Shown here in pieces: positions 31,583 through 36,961 of a stretch of 36,961 nt of DNA; positions within the stretch are counted from its first letter, which is position 1, and every line of letters starts with the position of its first letter. Position numbers and translations under genes: made by a program. Origin of the DNA: a virus (lineage: Duplodnaviria > Caudoviricetes). The stretch is from positions 1-36,961 of IMG/VR virus record IMGVR_UViG_3300037784_000160. One strand, given 5' to 3'. The notes beneath the pieces were generated by a model. That model searched no databases and was not told where the DNA came from. It saw nothing but the letters and a program-made list of their open reading frames with translations.

Positions 31583-31738
31583 GTGTGTCTCCCTGTGAAA
31601 TCCCCGCTCGATCCGGCGGCGGGGGGTGGGAACCGGGCTGCGGCTTCCAATCCGCTGCTCTTCCCACTGGCTGCTGGCTCCAGCGGTGCCGACCCGGATG
31701 TCAGCCGCCGCCTTCAAAGCCCCTCGGGGGTTATCCCG

Positions 31739-32860
31739 TTACGGCGCCGGACGTGCCGGCGCTTCACCCATGACGATGTTCTCCACCAGCGCGGCGATCT
31801 CGTATTCCTCGACCACGTAGGCTTCGTTCACCGATTCATAGTTGGCGACCCGGTCGAACTGGGGTTCGTCGACCAGCTGGCGGCGGCGGGTTTCTTCCTG
31901 CCAGTAGATCGACAGGTTGCTGAGCTTGGTGATCAGCAGCGCATTGGCCGGGAAGCCGCTCACCCGCATCGCCTCGAGCCCGCCGAGCATCTTGGTCGAG
32001 CGGATGATGCGATCGGTGGCTTCGACTTCGGTCGCGGTCGCCCCGGTCTTCTGGGCGATGTTGAAGTACTTGTCGTCGACCAGATCGTGGCCGACGATCA
32101 CCACCAGGTCATTGTCGCCGCGGTGGCTTTCGTGGATCAACCGCTTGGCATCGAGCACCAGCGCGTCGAGCGACGAATAGTCGGCCTCCGCGTCGACCGC
32201 GTTGTCGAGGCTGGGATCGTAGAGCACCGCGCCCGCCTTGACGTAGATCGCCTTGAGCGCGGCGTTGTTCGCTCCGGTCGAAAGGACGGTGAGCGACCCG
32301 TCGTCCATCACCTGGGCCGGGGCATCGGTGCGGATGTGGTGCAGCCAGCCTTCGTTGACGTCCTCGAGGTTGGGGTTGGCGACGATGTCGGTGTCGGCGG
32401 CCACGCTGGTGCCGTGGAAGCCGATGCAGATCCGGTCGAGCGCCTGCTGGTGCACGATGTCGTCGCGGATCAGCGCCTCGAAGTCCGGGCGGTGGCGCCA
32501 GGCATCGAGCAGCTCGTAGCGGCGCGACCAGTCGAAGTTGGTCTTCTCGCAGGTGTACTGGTGCTTGAGGTTGTTGTTGCCGATCGCGGCCGGGTTGCGG
32601 CGCGCGCCGCCCGAGGTGTCGACCCGGCCGGCGATGCGGCGGCCTGCGCCGACGCCGAGCTTCTGGCCCTTCTGCTGGGTGACGGGGATCATGTTGATCG
32701 CCATCAGGAACTCGCTCGAATCGCGGATGCGATCCTCGAGCCGCTGTTCGACCACCGGGTCGACGCTGAACTTCTTGGTCACGTCCTCGGCCGGCACGTG
32801 GTTCAGAAGCGCGATCTGCGACACGTAGGCATTGAAGAGAGCGCGGGTTTCGTTGCGCAT
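31739..32860 (-). CDS. N: Major capsid protein N (P2 family)
   Basis: MRNETR..F, FSVDPVVEQRLE...SSEFL, ALDRICIGFHG, DVNEGWL, ITKLSNLSIYWQ, YESVNEAYVVE. Confidence 0.95.
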   Translation of the reverse strand: MRNETRALFNAYVSQIALLNHVPAEDVTKKFSVDPVVEQRLEDRIRDSSEFLMAINMIPVTQQKGQKLGVGAGRRIAGRVDTSGGARRNPAAIGNNNLKHQYTCEKTNFDWSRRYELLDAWRHRPDFEALIRDDIVHQQALDRICIGFHGTSVAADTDIVANPNLEDVNEGWLHHIRTDAPAQVMDDGSLTVLSTGANNAALKAIYVKAGAVLYDPSLDNAVDAEADYSSLDALVLDAKRLIHESHRGDNDLVVIVGHDLVDDKYFNIAQKTGATATEVEATDRIIRSTKMLGGLEAMRVSGFPANALLITKLSNLSIYWQEETRRRQLVDEPQFDRVANYESVNEAYVVEEYEIAALVENIVMGEAPARPAP

Positions 32861-32930
32861 GGGCCTGATCCTTGTTGGTGTAAGCGGGGCCGGGATGGGG
32901 TGGTTGGACGTGCCCCGAAGGGCGGCGAGA

Positions 32931-33797
32931 TCAGCAGTCGGTCTTGGTGTACTTGCCGTTCGAACCGGCGCTTTCGGGGCGCTGGCGATAGGTGGCGGGC
33001 GGCGTGGTCTCGACACCCTGCTCGAGCTTGGTGAACTTGACCTCGAGCGCATCGACGCTCTGGCGGGTCTCGGTCCGCAGCGCGGTGATCTCGGTGCTGA
33101 TCGAGGTTGCCAGTTCGGTCATCACGGTCCGCAGATCGTCCGCGGTGAAGACCTGCGGGGCCGGATCGGCGGGCGGATTGCCGGTGGCGGGCGCCGCAGG
33201 CTCGGGCGCCTTGGGGGCGAAGCGATCGGCGAAGCCATCGAGAATGCCCTTGAGGCCGGTCAGCAGGCCGGTGCTTTCGGGCGTGGTCTCGACATCGAAC
33301 TCGAGCAGGGCGGCATCGCCCTTTTCCTCTCGCGAGAGCTTGATGAGATTGGGCACCGCGGCGCTGAGCTGGCTGGCGAACTGCAGGCGCTCGGTCGCGA
33401 TCGAGGCCGGGCTGTCGGTCAGCGCGCAGCCCATCAGGTAGGCATAGCCCTTCCCGGCGAAGTCGGGATGGATCTCGATCGAGGGATAGAGCTTCTGGCC
33501 CGCCTGGTTCAGCGCCTGGGCGTCTTCGGTGACATCGAACACGCCATAAAGCGCGGTGCGCTGCTCGGGCTTGCCGTTGAAGTTGACGGTGATTTCCTCG
33601 GTTTCGAGGCTGAGCACGTCGCCATAGGCGCGGAACGGGCCTTCGCCGCTGATGCCGCGGATGTGTTCGATATTGAGCCGGGCGCTGTAGACCTTGGGGT
33701 CGTAGCTCTCCGCCATCTGGCGCAGGTGCTCGGGGTCGATCGTGCGGCCGTCCACGGTCATGCCGGACGTGGCGAGGAGGAAACGCTTGGTCTTCAT
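32931..33797 (-). CDS. O: Capsid scaffolding protein O
   Basis: F.LATSG.TVDGRTI, MAESYDP..Y.ARLNIEH, YPSIEI, YLMGCALTDSPAS, C-terminal TDC. Confidence 0.92.
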   Translation of the reverse strand: MKTKRFLLATSGMTVDGRTIDPEHLRQMAESYDPKVYSARLNIEHIRGISGEGPFRAYGDVLSLETEEITVNFNGKPEQRTALYGVFDVTEDAQALNQAGQKLYPSIEIHPDFAGKGYAYLMGCALTDSPASIATERLQFASQLSAAVPNLIKLSREEKGDAALLEFDVETTPESTGLLTGLKGILDGFADRFAPKAPEPAAPATGNPPADPAPQVFTADDLRTVMTELATSISTEITALRTETRQSVDALEVKFTKLEQGVETTPPATYRQRPESAGSNGKYTKTDC

Positions 33798-33879
33798 GGG
33801 GCAAAGGCTCCAGCTGTGTGCTCGGGACGTTGGAGGCACTAAGGCCCCGCCCGGGGGGCTTCATGCAACGCCGGGCGCG

Positions 33880-33898
33880 GGTGAATGCGCGTTCCACC
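33880..33898. promoter_or_regulatory. Candidate Ogr activation site shared by the divergent O and P promoters
   Basis: GGTGAATGCGCGTTCCACC (GGT-N13-ACC), centred 58 bp from the P ATG at 33947. Confidence 0.65.
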
Positions 33899-33946
33899 AC
33901 CCAAGCTTCTGGCGCGCTCCCCATGCGCGGGGTGCATGGCAAGGCC

Positions 33947-35857
33947 ATGCACCTGCCGAACCCGCCCGCAGCCGAGGACGTGAGCGCCGCCGAGAATCCG
34001 GGCCGCGAGGCGTGGACGGCGATGCGGCGCATGGCGCGCTCGCTCTACTGGCGGGGCTGGACGGTCGCCCAGATCAGCGCAGAGTACGGCATTCCCTACC
34101 AGACGATCGGCAGCTGGAAGCGCCGCGACAAGTGGGCGAGCGCTGCCCCGGTCGACGTGGTCGAGGATCGCCTCGAGGCCAAGATCGCGACCCTGCTCGA
34201 CAAGGAGCCCTTCACCGAAGGGGACATGAAGCGGGTCGATTTCCTGATGCGCCAGATGGAGCGCGCTGCCCGGATCCGCAAATTCGAGGAGACCGGCAAA
34301 GAGGGCGATCTCAATCCGAACATCGCCCGCCGTAATGACGATGCGGCCAAGGCCAAGCGCGAGGAGAAGCGCAAGAACCAGCTCTCCCGCGAGCAGTGGC
34401 AGGCGCTGCTCGACGATTTCCATGAGAAGAACTTCGGCCACCAGCGCGCATGGTGGGATCAGCGCGACCATCGCACCCGCAAAATCCTGAAGAGCCGCCA
34501 GATCGGCGCGACCTGGTATTTCGCCCGCGAGGCGGTGGCCAAGATCGCCGCGGCGGTGCTCGCCGGCGAGCAGCCGCGCAACCAGATCTTCCTCTCCGCC
34601 AGCAAGCGCCAGGCGATGAAGTTCCGGCGCGAGATCGTGGGCTGGGTCAAACGGGTGACCGGGGTCGACCTCAAGGGCGATCCGATCATGCTCGACCTGT
34701 CCGGGCTGGTCGACGAGGAAGGCGAGGCGCTCGCCCTTGATCCGGTCGGGCTCTACCCGCTCTCGACCAACTCCAACACCGCCCAGGGCGAGAGCGGCGA
34801 TTTCTACTTCGACGAGTTCTTCTGGACCGTCGGCTTCGCCCAGCTGCGCAAGGTCGCCGCGGCGATGGCGACGCACACGATCTACAAGCGCACCTATTTT
34901 TCGACCCCGTCGACCAAGACGCACGAGGCCCATGCCTTCTGGTCGGGCGAGGAATGGAACCGCGGCCGCCCCAAGAACCAGCAGCAGTTCTTCGACCTTT
35001 CGCACAAGGCGCTCAAGGCCGGGGCGATCCTGCCGGACGGCAGCTGGTGCCAGATCGTCACCGTGCACGATGCGATCGCCGCCGGCATGGGCGGGCTGAT
35101 CGATGTCGACGAGCTGCGGATCGAGAGCAGCGAGGACGAATTCCGCAACCTCTACGAGTGCGAGTTCGTCGACGATGCGGCGTCGAGCTTCCCCTGGGCG
35201 ATGCTGCGCCCGGCGATGGTCGACAGTTTCTACAGCTGGCGCGACTTCCACCCCGCCCATGTCGAGGTGCCGGGCCTGCGCCCCTTCGCCGACAAGCCGG
35301 TGTGGCTGGGATACGATCCGAACAAGCAGGGCCGCGACGATGCCGCGCTCGCGATCATCGCGCCGCCCGATCGGCCGGGCGTCGGCAAGTTCCGGATCCT
35401 CGACAAATACAAGCTCAACGGGCTCGACTATCAGGGGCAGGCCGACCGGATCCGCGCGCTCGCCAAGGTCTATAACGTCACCGACATCGCGATCGACGTG
35501 ACCGGCGGCCATGGGCAGGCAGTGTTCGAGCTGGTGAAGCGCTGGTTCCCGCAAGCGCGCAAGATCGAGTATTCGCTCGCCAGCAAGGCCGCGATGGTGA
35601 TCAAGGCACAGAACCTGTTCCGGTCGGGCCGGGTCGAATTCGACCAGGGCTGGACCGACGTGCTGCAGGCTTTCATGGCGATCAAGCCGACCCTGACCCC
35701 CAGCGGCAAAGGGGTCACTTACACCAGCCCGCGCAACGGGGTGATCGGCCATGCCGACATCGCCTGGGCCTGCATGCACGCATTTTCGAACGAACCGCTC
35801 GACGTTGAAGCGCTCGCCACCGGGGCCGGCGCGGGTTTTGTCGTCGTTTCAGAGTGA
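33947..35857 (+). CDS. P: Terminase large (ATPase) subunit P
   Basis: ARSLYWRGW N-terminal HTH, KSRQIGATW Walker A, YFDEFFW Walker B, FSTPS, WLGYDP nuclease, GHADIAWA. Start uncertain. Confidence 0.93.
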   Translation: MHLPNPPAAEDVSAAENPGREAWTAMRRMARSLYWRGWTVAQISAEYGIPYQTIGSWKRRDKWASAAPVDVVEDRLEAKIATLLDKEPFTEGDMKRVDFLMRQMERAARIRKFEETGKEGDLNPNIARRNDDAAKAKREEKRKNQLSREQWQALLDDFHEKNFGHQRAWWDQRDHRTRKILKSRQIGATWYFAREAVAKIAAAVLAGEQPRNQIFLSASKRQAMKFRREIVGWVKRVTGVDLKGDPIMLDLSGLVDEEGEALALDPVGLYPLSTNSNTAQGESGDFYFDEFFWTVGFAQLRKVAAAMATHTIYKRTYFSTPSTKTHEAHAFWSGEEWNRGRPKNQQQFFDLSHKALKAGAILPDGSWCQIVTVHDAIAAGMGGLIDVDELRIESSEDEFRNLYECEFVDDAASSFPWAMLRPAMVDSFYSWRDFHPAHVEVPGLRPFADKPVWLGYDPNKQGRDDAALAIIAPPDRPGVGKFRILDKYKLNGLDYQGQADRIRALAKVYNVTDIAIDVTGGHGQAVFELVKRWFPQARKIEYSLASKAAMVIKAQNLFRSGRVEFDQGWTDVLQAFMAIKPTLTPSGKGVTYTSPRNGVIGHADIAWACMHAFSNEPLDVEALATGAGAGFVVVSE

Positions 35858-35902
35858 GGACTGCTTTCCTCAAGTATCGAAGAGGTAGGAAGAAAAGACG
35901 CC

Positions 35903-36961
35903 ATGAGTGAAGCAAGCACCAATCTACCCGCGCGGCAGGAGATCGAGGTCTTCAGCTTCGGCGAGCCCGAGAGCGTGATCGACCGGCGCGAGCTGCCCCA
36001 GTACTTCGAGCTGTGGCGCACGACGAACTGGTACCATCCGCCGCTGCCGATGGTCCGGCTCGCCCAGGTGTTCAACATGTCGCCTCACCATCGCAGCGCG
36101 ATCGCGCTGAAGACGAACCTGCTGGTGTCGCACCAGGTCGCGAGCCGCTGGCTGGGGAAGGACGACTTCGAGCGGTTCGCGCTCGACTTCCTGCAGATGG
36201 GTAACGGCTATCTCGAACGGGTGCCTAACCTCGCGGGCGGCCTGATGCAGGCGGCGTTTACTCCGGCGCGCCACACCCGGCGGGGGATCAATCCCGACCA
36301 GTTCTGGTTTGTCGAGAACGGGGTCGAGCCCGATCATGCCTTCGAGCCCGGGACCGTCTTCCACCTGCAGCAGCCCGACGTGGCGCAGGAGATCTACGGC
36401 ATGCCCGAATGGCTCTCGGCCCTGCAGTCGGGCCTGCTGAACGAGAACGCCACCCTGTTCCGCCGCCGTTACTACCTCAACGGCGCGCATGCAGGCTTTG
36501 TCTTCCATGTCAGCGACACGCTGGTCGACCAGGCAATGGTCGACGCGCTGGTCGAGAAGTTCAAGTCGGCCAAGGGCGTCGGCAACTTCAAGAACCTGTT
36601 CCTCTACACCCCGGGCGGCAAGAAGGACGGGGTTCAGATTCACCCGATCGCCGACGTGGCGGCCAAGGACGAGTTCCTCAACGTGAAGAACGTGAGCCGC
36701 GATGATCTGCTGGCCGCGCACCGGGTGCCCCCCCAGCTGATCGGGATCATTCCGCAGAACTCGGCCGGGTTCGGGAAGGTGAGCGAGGCGCTCGATGCGT
36801 TCTTCGAGCTCGAGATCGTGCCGATCATGCAGCGCATGCTCCGCATGAACGAATGGTTCGGGGTCGAGGTGCTGCGCTTCCGCAATTACGACGCGAGCGA
36901 CGGCAGCCAGATCACGCCCGACGGCTCGCGCGTTCCGGCCGGGCAGCAGCGCCGGGTCTGA
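35903..36961 (+). CDS. Q: Portal protein Q (PBSX family)
   Basis: FSFGEP, SPHHRSAI, QEIYGMPEW, LNENATLFRRRYYLNGAHAG, KGVGNFKNLF, AHRVPPQL. Confidence 0.95.
   Translation: MSEASTNLPARQEIEVFSFGEPESVIDRRELPQYFELWRTTNWYHPPLPMVRLAQVFNMSPHHRSAIALKTNLLVSHQVASRWLGKDDFERFALDFLQMGNGYLERVPNLAGGLMQAAFTPARHTRRGINPDQFWFVENGVEPDHAFEPGTVFHLQQPDVAQEIYGMPEWLSALQSGLLNENATLFRRRYYLNGAHAGFVFHVSDTLVDQAMVDALVEKFKSAKGVGNFKNLFLYTPGGKKDGVQIHPIADVAAKDEFLNVKNVSRDDLLAAHRVPPQLIGIIPQNSAGFGKVSEALDAFFELEIVPIMQRMLRMNEWFGVEVLRFRNYDASDGSQITPDGSRVPAGQQRRV

Larger units (their letters stand above)
2428..36961. mobile_element. P2-like prophage integrated at a tRNA-Gly gene; right end lies beyond the window
   Basis: Complete set of P2-type head, tail and baseplate genes, ogr, cI/cro switch, lysis cassette and recombinase, with a tRNA 3' fragment at the left boundary. 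Confidence 0.93.

Overview
Bases 1-2277 are a host gene: a secreted Ntn-hydrolase acylase of the penicillin amidase / PvdQ / aculeacin-A acylase family. The rest of the window (about 2428-36961, continuing past the right edge) is an apparently near-intact P2-like (Peduoviridae-type) myovirus prophage in a high-GC host. The host is probably an alphaproteobacterium of the Sphingomonadales type; this is inferred and not proven. The left boundary is an 18-bp tRNA-Gly 3'-end fragment next to a large serine recombinase. A translationally coupled leftward early operon encodes cro, ogr, a LexA-type DNA-binding protein, a toprim primase-helicase, small ORFs, two DNA methyltransferases, an HNH protein and the recombinase. 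A lambda-like cI/cro switch follows, with two lower-GC morons. The late region is rearranged relative to P2: D-U-T-E'/E-FII-FI-W, a counter-oriented thermonuclease, V, the lysis cassette, an extra 847-aa beta-helix tail protein, G-H-I-J, S-R-X-L-M-N-O, then divergent P and Q. Features read directly from the DNA include three copies of a GGT-N13-ACC palindrome, each centred 56-58 bp upstream of a late-gene start (candidate Ogr activation sites), and two copies of a 34-bp REP-like GCGAAGC-capped hairpin in late intergenic regions. There is also a -1 frameshift site in the tail chaperone, tandem operators at cro, several small ORFs missing from the ORF track (one a candidate directionality factor) and a chimeric truncated gene. 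Family assignments come from motif recognition by eye; no searches were run.
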